From a virus, in the IMG/VR virus record IMGVR_UViG_3300020446_001812, positions 1 to 64,000 of that record: DNA of 64,000 nucleotides. One strand, given 5' to 3'. Position 1 is the first letter of the stretch; every line of letters begins with the position of its first letter. The notes beneath the pieces are model-generated. The model saw only the letters and a program-made list of their open reading frames with translations, did not search any database and was not told where the DNA came from. This document shows, in pieces, positions 40,819 to 49,040 of the stretch. A program made the position numbers and the translations under genes.

Positions 40819-41732
40819 AGGTTATAGATTATGATATAATATATCTATCATATGATGAACCCAATGCAGAAAAAAATTATGCTGACCTGTTAACGAAAGC
40901 ACCTTGGGCAAAACGTGTGCATGGAATCGAAGGATCAGATGCGGCACACAAGGCCTGTGCAGAATTATCTGAAACTGATAGGTTTATAACTGTTGACGGT
41001 GATAATATTATTAGAGCAGATTTCTTACAACAAGAATTAAATATTTCTAATGATGTTAAATTATCAGAAAGTGTAATTAGTTGGTGCGGAAAAAATTCTA
41101 TAAATGGATTAATGTATGGTAATGGTGGGTTAAAGTGTTGGCCTAAAGAATATGTATTAAATATGCGTACACATGAAAACGCAGATCCAAATAATGAAGC
41201 AGCTCAGGTTGATTTTTGTTGGGATTTGAAATACATTCAACAAAACAGTTGTTATTCAGATGTATATAACAATGCAACACCTCAACAGGCTTGGAGAGCT
41301 GGATTTAGAGAAGGTGTCAAGATGGCTCTTGATAGAGGAGTAAAACCTAGTGTTGAGGACTTTTTAAAAGGACATTGGAAAAACTTACATAGACTATGGA
41401 TATGGTTAATGGTAGGGTCTGATGTTGATAACGGATTATGGGCAATATATGGTGCCCGAGAAGGATTGGTTAAAACTATGTTAACGGATTGGGACTTTGT
41501 TAACGTTAGAGATTTTAAATATTTAAATAATTTATGGAAAGAAAAAGAAAAAGTAGATTCGCAAACTATGTTATTAGAAGCAATAGAAATATTAGGAGCA
41601 TCATTAATTGATAGTTTAGATATACCTATAGGACAAATGCCATTTGATGAACAGCAAAGTAAGTTTTTCAAGACTGTTTATCAAAATCCTAGTAGGAATC
41701 CAAAACAACAATTTGTAATAGACCCGGAATGA
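40815..41732 (+). CDS. GT-A fold glycosyltransferase-like protein
   Basis: YLSYDEPNA, RVHGIEG..AAH, FITVDGDN DxD motif, YGNGGLK, AWRAGFREG.K. Confidence 0.65.
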   Translation: MKVIDYDIIYLSYDEPNAEKNYADLLTKAPWAKRVHGIEGSDAAHKACAELSETDRFITVDGDNIIRADFLQQELNISNDVKLSESVISWCGKNSINGLMYGNGGLKCWPKEYVLNMRTHENADPNNEAAQVDFCWDLKYIQQNSCYSDVYNNATPQQAWRAGFREGVKMALDRGVKPSVEDFLKGHWKNLHRLWIWLMVGSDVDNGLWAIYGAREGLVKTMLTDWDFVNVRDFKYLNNLWKEKEKVDSQTMLLEAIEILGASLIDSLDIPIGQMPFDEQQSKFFKTVYQNPSRNPKQQFVIDPE

Positions 41733-43063
41733 TCGATAATTTTCAACAGGTTAAAACAGAACTAGATAATGTAGGTTGCGGATTTTGCCTTGCTAAATGG
41801 ACGCAAGTTACAATTCATTTATCTTCCGGCATCACTCATAGTTGTCATCACGTAGGTGCTCATAAAATACCCCTTGATGAACTTAAACTAAATCCTAATG
41901 CATTACATAATACAAAAGAAAAGAAATTGCGTAGGAAAGAAATGCTTAACGGCGAACGTCCTAAAGAATGTGATTACTGTTGGAGAATTGAAGACAACAC
42001 TACAGAATATAGTGACAGAGTTCTAAAAAGTTCAAGGTCTTGGAGTCAAATAGATAAAGATAAAATATTACAAAATAATTGGGATGAAGATATATATCCT
42101 AGATATGTAGAAATAAGTTTTTCAAATGTTTGCAATTTTAAATGTGCATACTGTGGACCTCCTTTCAGTAGTAAATGGACAGAAGAAGTAAAATCATTAG
42201 GACCTTATAAATTAAAACAAAAACATTATAATGGAATTAAAAGCACAGAAGTTCCTTATACTAATAAAGAAGAGAATCCGTATATTGATGCATTTTGGAA
42301 ATGGTTTCCAGAATCAGTAAAACACATGAAAGTGTTTAGAATTACAGGAGGAGAGCCACTTTTATCTAAACATACATTACCTGTAATACAATATTTAATA
42401 GATAACCCACATCCAGATTTAGAATTTGCAATTAACACAAATGCATGTCCTCCGGATATTCTATGGAATATTTTTGTAGATAAAATTGTTGAATTAGAGA
42501 ATAATAAATCTGTTAAAAATTTTACTTTATATACAAGTGCTGAAAGTTACGGCAGTCAAGCAGAATATGTTAGAGATGGAATGGATTTTGATTTGTTTGA
42601 AAAAAATTTAACACATTTTATACAAAAAACAAAAAGGTCGAGAGTAACAATAATGAGTGCATTTAATATATTAAGTTTGCCTACATTGAAACCTTTTATA
42701 AGATGGTCAAATAAATTAAAAAGACTTTCGAGAGGCAGAGTGTTTTTAGATTTTGCATATGTAAGGCATCCAGAATTCTTAGATGTTAAAATTGCAGATA
42801 AAGATTTAATAGATCAGTATATTAAACCTGCTGTAGATTATATGATTGAAAAGGATGTATATACGGATTATGAAATATTTAAACTAGAAAGAATATATAA
42901 AGATTGTATTTCTAAATTAGAAAAAGAGTTTGATTTCAAATTAGAAAAATATCAATTTTACCAATTTGTAAATGAATACGACAAGAGACGTAATAAAAGT
43001 TTTTTGTTAACATTTCCAGAACTAAAAAACTTTTATAAAAAATGCGAGGCCTATTATGTATGA
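41729..43063 (+). CDS. radical SAM protein with N-terminal twitch-like Fe-S domain
   Basis: CNFKCAYC motif, ITGGEP; N-terminal CLAKW...SCHH...CDYC. Confidence 0.9.
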   Translation: MIDNFQQVKTELDNVGCGFCLAKWTQVTIHLSSGITHSCHHVGAHKIPLDELKLNPNALHNTKEKKLRRKEMLNGERPKECDYCWRIEDNTTEYSDRVLKSSRSWSQIDKDKILQNNWDEDIYPRYVEISFSNVCNFKCAYCGPPFSSKWTEEVKSLGPYKLKQKHYNGIKSTEVPYTNKEENPYIDAFWKWFPESVKHMKVFRITGGEPLLSKHTLPVIQYLIDNPHPDLEFAINTNACPPDILWNIFVDKIVELENNKSVKNFTLYTSAESYGSQAEYVRDGMDFDLFEKNLTHFIQKTKRSRVTIMSAFNILSLPTLKPFIRWSNKLKRLSRGRVFLDFAYVRHPEFLDVKIADKDLIDQYIKPAVDYMIEKDVYTDYEIFKLERIYKDCISKLEKEFDFKLEKYQFYQFVNEYDKRRNKSFLLTFPELKNFYKKCEAYYV

Positions 43064-43739
43064 TATAGCATTTATAAGTTATAATGAAAAGCAAGCTGAT
43101 AAAAATTGGGAAATATTATCTAGTAAATTCAAATATGCCAAAAGAACGCACGGAGTAAAAGGTATACATCAAGCACATATAGAAGCGGCTAAAAAAGCAT
43201 TTACTCCAATGGTTTGGTTTGTAGATGCAGATGCTGAAATAAAAGAAGATTTTGATTTCAGCTATATTCCGCCAAGAAAAGATAGAGATGCTGTGCATGT
43301 ATGGAGAAGTCAAAATCCTATAAATGATTTAGAATATGGATACGGAGGCGTAAAACTTTTTCCAAGAATAGCTACTATAAATGTAGACGTTAATAAACCA
43401 GACATGACAACAAGTATTAGTAAAAAGTTTATACCTATGCATACTATAAGTAATACAACGATGTTTAATGTAGATGAATTTAGTACATGGAGAAGTGCAT
43501 TTCGAGAATGTGCAAAATTAGCAAGTAAAACAATTGATAGACAAAACGAGGAGGAAACAAATGCAAGACTTAAAACTTGGACAACCGTGGGACACACTAG
43601 AAAGTTTGGTGAATATGCGATTCGAGGTGCTTACGATGGTATGGAGTTTGGCCTTTCTAGGGGGGCTGATCTTCGGTTAATAAACAATTACGAATGGTTA
43701 AAGGAGCAGTTTGATGCAAACACAAGAATTATTAGATAA
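43056..43739 (+). CDS. GT-A fold glycosyltransferase-like protein (paralog of 40815)
   Basis: FISYNE, THGVKGIHQAH, WFVDAD, YGYGGVKL, WRSAFRE..K. Confidence 0.65.
   Translation: MYDIAFISYNEKQADKNWEILSSKFKYAKRTHGVKGIHQAHIEAAKKAFTPMVWFVDADAEIKEDFDFSYIPPRKDRDAVHVWRSQNPINDLEYGYGGVKLFPRIATINVDVNKPDMTTSISKKFIPMHTISNTTMFNVDEFSTWRSAFRECAKLASKTIDRQNEEETNARLKTWTTVGHTRKFGEYAIRGAYDGMEFGLSRGADLRLINNYEWLKEQFDANTRIIR
43561..43680 (+). CDS. nested +1-frame small membrane protein (39 aa)
   Basis: GAGGAGG RBS (43548-43554), 6 nt, then ATG. MQDLKLGQPWDTLESLVNMRFEVLTMVWSLAFLGGLIFG*, with a hydrophobic C-terminal helix. Host-frame codons are atypically G/C-ending across this span. Confidence 0.55.
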   Translation: MQDLKLGQPWDTLESLVNMRFEVLTMVWSLAFLGGLIFG

Positions 43740-44670
43740 ATTTGAAATACTTTATCCAAATGTTGCTGATTTGCGTAGGGCTTACACTGATAAAGATTTA
43801 AGTAGTATTTTTAGATTACTAGATGCAAACGATGATTTACGCAAAGCAGTAATGGAAGAAAACTTACATAGTATATTTAGAATCATAAAAAATTATGATG
43901 TAGAAGAATTACGAAAAGCAGTCACAGAAAAAAATTTACACAGTATTTTCAGACTTGTAGATGACGAAGATTTACGTAAGTTTTTACTAGAGGATAATAT
44001 ATACAAATTATGGCCTTTACTACGTAGATTTACAAATACACAATTTGTAGATGCATTTAAAAGTTTTTTTATTAATAATATTGAAATTGACAATGATTGT
44101 TTTAGCAGAGGACAATTATTAAGTAAACAATGGTTAATTAAGGAATTGTTAAAAATTAATAAAAATTTAGGAACAGTGTATCTTTGTGCAGGATGGTATG
44201 CTACACTTGCAACAATGTTATTTGAAAGTAATATAAAGTTAGATAAAATTAGATCTTTTGATATAGATGAAACTTGTGTGCCTATAGCAAAAATATTTAA
44301 CAAGCCTTGGTTAAAAGAAAACTGGAAATTCCAAGCATCAACTATAGATATAAATGATATAGATTATAGAGAACACACGTATCAAGTAACAAGAGCAGAT
44401 GGTACTTCCTGCTCTGTTACTGATCAATGCGATACTGTTATAAACACAAGTTGTGAACATATTGGAAATTTTTCTAAATGGTATAACAATATTCCTGCAA
44501 ATACAATACTTGTGCTTCAAAGCAATAATTTTAATGAAGTGGAGGAACATACAAATTGTGTCAATAATATAGAAGAATTTGACAACATGACACCTATGCA
44601 AGAAACTTACTATAAAGGTGCACTTGAACTAGACAAATATACGAGGTACATGAAAATTGGATATAAATAA
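43714..44670 (+). CDS. class I SAM-dependent methyltransferase-like protein with N-terminal helical repeats
   Basis: VYLCAGWYATLA (motif I variant), RSFDID, DTVINTSCEH. AAGGAG RBS before ATG 43714. Confidence 0.65.
   Translation: MQTQELLDKFEILYPNVADLRRAYTDKDLSSIFRLLDANDDLRKAVMEENLHSIFRIIKNYDVEELRKAVTEKNLHSIFRLVDDEDLRKFLLEDNIYKLWPLLRRFTNTQFVDAFKSFFINNIEIDNDCFSRGQLLSKQWLIKELLKINKNLGTVYLCAGWYATLATMLFESNIKLDKIRSFDIDETCVPIAKIFNKPWLKENWKFQASTIDINDIDYREHTYQVTRADGTSCSVTDQCDTVINTSCEHIGNFSKWYNNIPANTILVLQSNNFNEVEEHTNCVNNIEEFDNMTPMQETYYKGALELDKYTRYMKIGYK
43768..44013 (+). repeat. four degenerate 63-72 bp coding repeats (D/E-LRKA...NL.SIFR)
   Basis: Units start at 43768, 43834, 43906 and 43969: DLRRAYTDKDLSSIFRLL / DLRKAVMEENLHSIFRII / ELRKAVTEKNLHSIFRLV / DLRKFLLEDNIYKLW. 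Confidence 0.8.
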
Positions 44671-44893
44671 TTTTAGTCTAAGAAAATTGCAGACAGAAAG
44701 TTCCCGTGCTTTAAGTGCTATGCAAGCTACTAATAATAATATTCATCAATTCAATAAACAAGCTCATCATAATAGCCAAAATTGGTACAAAGCAGTAATT
44801 GAATGGTATATAAAAGAATATGGCGACATACCAAGTAAAGTAGGTCCGGGTAAAGATGTAAAATTAGTCTTAGGAGAAAACGTTGATACATGA
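44657..44893 (+). CDS. hypothetical small protein (78 aa)
   Basis: TTG start with GAGGT RBS; fills the gap and overlaps both neighbours. Confidence 0.65.
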   Translation: MDINNFSLRKLQTESSRALSAMQATNNNIHQFNKQAHHNSQNWYKAVIEWYIKEYGDIPSKVGPGKDVKLVLGENVDT

Positions 44894-45830
44894 TATAAAT
44901 TTACTAATTCAAGAAAAAACCAATATTATAGAATCTTGTGTCAAATATCAAAAGAGGAAATATCCTAATAGAACAAGAGATTATGACAAGTGTAGAAGAG
45001 ATTTAAATTACATACTAGATGCAATGCTTTTTGATGTAGAGAATAACACAACACACAATACAATTTATATAGGAAACAAGTTTTGGATTAGAAACGAACG
45101 GCAGATATCAGTATACCAGGTAGAACTGGACGTTTACAATAAAATGTTTTCAATTATAGAAAATAATGAAAATTTTTCTGATGAAACAGTAAAACGTATG
45201 AAAGATTTGACAGCAATACTTTCAAATATAATTAAACAAGGACCTATGGAAGAACCAAATAGTTGGCATCATAGTGCATCGTTAAGGCTTAACACATATA
45301 ATTGGCAACTTAAAGTTCCTAAGGTCGAAGAAATTAATGGCATTTTAGATGACCTTCATAACTATTCACCTAGTAAACAAAAAATGGTAAGATACCATAT
45401 AGATGTATACAGGAATGATAATGATGAAAATAAGAAAAAAATTTATCGAGCTCATGCCGCGACTACAGAAAAAAAAGCTAGACACAATCCGCAAGTATTA
45501 GCTCCTTGGTTGTTGTTTTTTCGACCAAGAGATGAAGCAACTTTAAAGGACGATTTTAGACTTGCAGATTTTTATATGGATTTAGGTATAGCCACTAGTA
45601 ATATTATTTACAGTGCCGCAAGTAGAGGGTTGGATACAGGAATATCTAAATGTATAAATTATGATGATTTGATTAAAGAGGTAATTGGATATGTTCCAGA
45701 ATTAGTCATTGGTATTGGATATAGAAACAATGATAGACGATATATGTGTTTACATTATAATAAAATAATTGAGATCCCAGATTATGATGTTCCTAAACCA
45801 GAAATGGATGAATATATAACATATGTATAA
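44883..45830 (+). CDS. fusion: N-terminal KCxRDxxY helical domain plus C-terminal nitroreductase-like domain
   Basis: KCRRDLNYILDAMLFD at the N-terminus; SPSKQ, NPQVLAP, DLGIATSNIIYSAASRGLDTG..C and IGIGY nitroreductase pattern. TTG start with AGGAG RBS. Confidence 0.65.
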   Translation: MIHDINLLIQEKTNIIESCVKYQKRKYPNRTRDYDKCRRDLNYILDAMLFDVENNTTHNTIYIGNKFWIRNERQISVYQVELDVYNKMFSIIENNENFSDETVKRMKDLTAILSNIIKQGPMEEPNSWHHSASLRLNTYNWQLKVPKVEEINGILDDLHNYSPSKQKMVRYHIDVYRNDNDENKKKIYRAHAATTEKKARHNPQVLAPWLLFFRPRDEATLKDDFRLADFYMDLGIATSNIIYSAASRGLDTGISKCINYDDLIKEVIGYVPELVIGIGYRNNDRRYMCLHYNKIIEIPDYDVPKPEMDEYITYV

Positions 45831-46890
45831 TTACGAAGATATTAAAACAATTCATCTAGAGGTTACACAAAATTGCCAAGCCGCATGTCCTATGTGTGAT
45901 AGAAATATGAATGGTAAAGGAATAAATCCTCATATTAATCTTGATGAGCTTTCTTATCAAGATTGTACAAATATATTTCCTGCATCTTTCATCAAACAAT
46001 TACATACTATGTACATGTGTGGCAATTTAGGTGATCCTATTGTTGCTAGAGACACATTAGAAATATTTGAATATTTCCGTTGGGCTAATCCTAACATGTG
46101 GTTAAGTATGAATACAAATGGCGGAGCAAAAAATGAAATCTGGTGGCGTAAACTTGCAAAAGTTTTTAACAATAAAGGTGCAGTAATCTTTAGTGTAGAC
46201 GGATTAGAAGATACTAATCACATATATAGACAAAATGTAGTTTGGAAAAATGTAGAACGTAATATGCGGGCATTCATCGATGCAGGTGGCAGAGCAAGAT
46301 GGGATTTTTTAATTTTTGAACATAACCAACATCAAGTAGAAGAAGCAGAAGCTCTTGCAAATGAGTGGGGTTGTGAAAAATTTATGAAAAAGAAAACTGG
46401 TAGGTTCATAACACAAGATTCAAAAAAGAAAGAGTCACACCAAGCAGTAAGTAAAAAAGGAAAAACAACTAAAGAACTTAAAAAGCCTGATAGCAAATAT
46501 CAAAATAAAGCATTAAAACAGCAAGATGCTGTAATTCAAAAATATAATACAATGGATACCTATTATGATAATGCCTTTATTGATTGTAAAGTAAAAAAAG
46601 ATAATAGTATTTTTATTACAGCAGAAGGTTTAGCACTACCTTGTTGCTGGACAGCAGGACGAATGTACAAATGGTGGCATAAAGATCCTAAAGTAGAACA
46701 AATATGGGACTTTATACCAGATAAATCTGCTTTAGATGCACGTAAAGGTTTAGACAAAGTTTTTGATACGGGCATATTTACAAATATACAGAATAGTTGG
46801 TCCAAACCAAGTTGCAAAGAAGGAAAATTAAAAGTGTGTGCAATGAAGTGTGGCACTGAATTTGATCCGTTTGGAGAGCAATTTAAATGA
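45823..46890 (+). CDS. radical SAM protein with C-terminal SPASM/twitch-like domain
   Basis: CQAACPMC, CGNLGDP, TNGG, FSVDG; C-terminal DCK...LPCC...CAMKC. Confidence 0.9.
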   Translation: MYNYEDIKTIHLEVTQNCQAACPMCDRNMNGKGINPHINLDELSYQDCTNIFPASFIKQLHTMYMCGNLGDPIVARDTLEIFEYFRWANPNMWLSMNTNGGAKNEIWWRKLAKVFNNKGAVIFSVDGLEDTNHIYRQNVVWKNVERNMRAFIDAGGRARWDFLIFEHNQHQVEEAEALANEWGCEKFMKKKTGRFITQDSKKKESHQAVSKKGKTTKELKKPDSKYQNKALKQQDAVIQKYNTMDTYYDNAFIDCKVKKDNSIFITAEGLALPCCWTAGRMYKWWHKDPKVEQIWDFIPDKSALDARKGLDKVFDTGIFTNIQNSWSKPSCKEGKLKVCAMKCGTEFDPFGEQFK

Positions 46891-47390
46891 TATTTAATTT
46901 CGCTACAATTGATGCTAATTTTGATGTGATAAAACAGAGTAGTCAATGGTATAACCTTGTCAATGAATTTAAAAAAGCAAAAAAGATTGGCTATATAGGA
47001 CATGGCGGTAATCTTGCAATCGCTGATCATGCATCAATAGACGCCGCAAGATTGACTGATAAACAAACCTTTAGTTTAGGTTCAGCAATATGGTGTACAT
47101 CTTTAATTAATGATCATAAAGAAAAATGGATTAGCAAATGGATAGGCATGACAGACGCAGATTTAGTTATACTTTTCACTGCAAGTGCGACAGATAAAGC
47201 ATTTGACATAGCTGTAAACCACTGCATTCAAAAAAACATAAACTATTGTGTGATATCTGGAGTAGACAAATATCCAAAACAAATACATCTAAATTTACTA
47301 ACCTATCATGAATATGAAGTAGCGGCGTTAGCGTTATCATACGAACTTTTAAATGCAGGAGGTTACCATTGTCCGGAAATAAAACAGTAG
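46887..47390 (+). CDS. SIS-domain sugar-phosphate isomerase (GmhA-like)
   Basis: IGYIGHGGNLAIADHASID resembles GmhA GNGGS.A.A.H...; TSLIND; DLVILFTAS. Confidence 0.6.
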   Translation: MIFNFATIDANFDVIKQSSQWYNLVNEFKKAKKIGYIGHGGNLAIADHASIDAARLTDKQTFSLGSAIWCTSLINDHKEKWISKWIGMTDADLVILFTASATDKAFDIAVNHCIQKNINYCVISGVDKYPKQIHLNLLTYHEYEVAALALSYELLNAGGYHCPEIKQ

Positions 47391-48091
47391 CATTACAGAC
47401 TGCAAGAGCAGGATCAAAAAGTATTCCAAAAAAGAATTTATTAGAAGTAGACATGCATCCATTGTTTGCCCATTCTATAATGGCAGCTACAGATTGTGAT
47501 TTAATAGACAGTGTTTGGTGTAGTACTGATGACGATACTATAAAAAGTTTAAGCACCTTTTATGAATTCAATATCATAGATAGACCTTTGGAGTTATCTG
47601 GTGATGATGACAGTCATCTAGACGTTATTAGACACGGCGTTACACATATAGAAGATAACATAGGCACTTGCGATATAGTAGTTTTACTTTTAGGTAATGT
47701 TGTTGGAATTGATAGTAAAAGTTTGACTGAAGCAATCAAAATGCTAGATGGATTCGATAGCGTTGTTAGTGTAAGTAAATTTAACATGTTTAATCCGTTT
47801 AGGGCGATGCAAATAAAAAACGGAGAACTTAACACATTTATTTCACAAGATCAAATACAAAGTTCTAAGCAGGCAAATGATAAAAATAGTGCTGGTGATA
47901 TTTACTATTGTAACGGAAATTTTTGGATTATGAAACGTGATATAATATTTAAAGATGACAATAAACTTCCATTTCAATGGTTAGGTAACAAGATTCGTCC
48001 TTATGTACAAGATACATTTTTAGAGTTAGATGCACCTTGGCAAAAGGATTATGTAATACAAAGCATTAGAAATGACAAAGGTTTGAAATGA
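47369..48091 (+). CDS. acylneuraminate/KDO-type cytidylyltransferase (NeuA-like)
   Basis: ARAGSKSIPKKNL, STDD, DRP.ELS.D, DSVVSV, NGNFW, ELD. TTG start with AGGAGG RBS. Confidence 0.85.
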   Translation: MSGNKTVALQTARAGSKSIPKKNLLEVDMHPLFAHSIMAATDCDLIDSVWCSTDDDTIKSLSTFYEFNIIDRPLELSGDDDSHLDVIRHGVTHIEDNIGTCDIVVLLLGNVVGIDSKSLTEAIKMLDGFDSVVSVSKFNMFNPFRAMQIKNGELNTFISQDQIQSSKQANDKNSAGDIYYCNGNFWIMKRDIIFKDDNKLPFQWLGNKIRPYVQDTFLELDAPWQKDYVIQSIRNDKGLK

Positions 48092-49008
48092 ATTTTTGGG
48101 AACAAACAAAAAATATAAGGCCAGAAGAGTTTACAGATAGTAAATTATATGGTAGACGTTTTTGGAAAAACTTTCTAAAGACGCATGATTACTTTTTTGT
48201 AGAATTTCCGTTATCTATGAAAAATTATTTTTTACCTATGGGGTATTTTTTGTATACATCAAAATCAAAGAAAGATTATTTAAAATTTGTATATAAAAAG
48301 AAGACGTATGAAGAATACGTAAATTCTTGTAAATTAATACATGATACATTATGTAATTTTAATTATGAGATATTTAAAATACGCAAAGACGATCTATTTC
48401 GTGTAAAGGAATTCCCTCAATTTTGTATATTAATTAGAGAACTATACCAAAACGGATCTTACAATTATCCTTGCTGGAGATTATCAGACGGACTTGTATG
48501 TTCGCATCCTGGCCAACATTTAAATTTTTGTAAAATATTTTTAGGTATGCCTGTTAAAGGCTGGATATCTTTTCCTAAACAACGCACACAACAAAGTTTG
48601 CAATATTTACATGGCATGAACATAATTAAAAAGATTAATAATAATGATGATATAATAGATATACTAGGAACAAATATTATTTCAGCTTGTATACAAAAAT
48701 ATGATGATCAACAAGTTCCAAGCCTTTATCCTAGTATACCAAGACCAATTTGGTCTGATTATGACGGAAACGGAAACACAGCTTGGCCTTGGAACGATGT
48801 ATGGAATTTCAACGAACACCTGCGTAAATCTAGTTTTTTAAAAATTATAGATAAGATAATACAAAATCCAGACAGTGTTAATAAATTTGTTGAGGTTAAA
48901 GTAGATTTTCCTAGCAATGAAATTTTAATTAATAACTTTTTTGCTTTTTTGCTTACTGAACAACAAGAAGATAATAAATTTAAATTGAAAGTTGCCAGAC
49001 GTACTTAA
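48088..49008 (+). CDS. hypothetical protein (306 aa)
   Basis: ATGA-coupled long ORF, very AT-rich. HPGQH motif, no family recognised. Confidence 0.65.
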   Translation: MNFWEQTKNIRPEEFTDSKLYGRRFWKNFLKTHDYFFVEFPLSMKNYFLPMGYFLYTSKSKKDYLKFVYKKKTYEEYVNSCKLIHDTLCNFNYEIFKIRKDDLFRVKEFPQFCILIRELYQNGSYNYPCWRLSDGLVCSHPGQHLNFCKIFLGMPVKGWISFPKQRTQQSLQYLHGMNIIKKINNNDDIIDILGTNIISACIQKYDDQQVPSLYPSIPRPIWSDYDGNGNTAWPWNDVWNFNEHLRKSSFLKIIDKIIQNPDSVNKFVEVKVDFPSNEILINNFFAFLLTEQQEDNKFKLKVARRT

Positions 49009-49021
49009 CATTGGCTTTTTT
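48994..49021 (+). terminator. possible weak intrinsic terminator
   Basis: GCCAG...TTGGC 5-bp stem (one G-U) with a 12-nt loop followed by T6, just before the next promoter box. Confidence 0.25.
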
Positions 49022-49026
49022 GCTGA

Positions 49027-49032
49027 TAAGTA
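49027..49032 (+). promoter_or_regulatory. late-promoter-like box (GA)TAAGTA
   Basis: Intergenic, 8 nt before ATG 49041, no RBS between. Confidence 0.45.
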
Positions 49033-49040
49033 TGTATATA

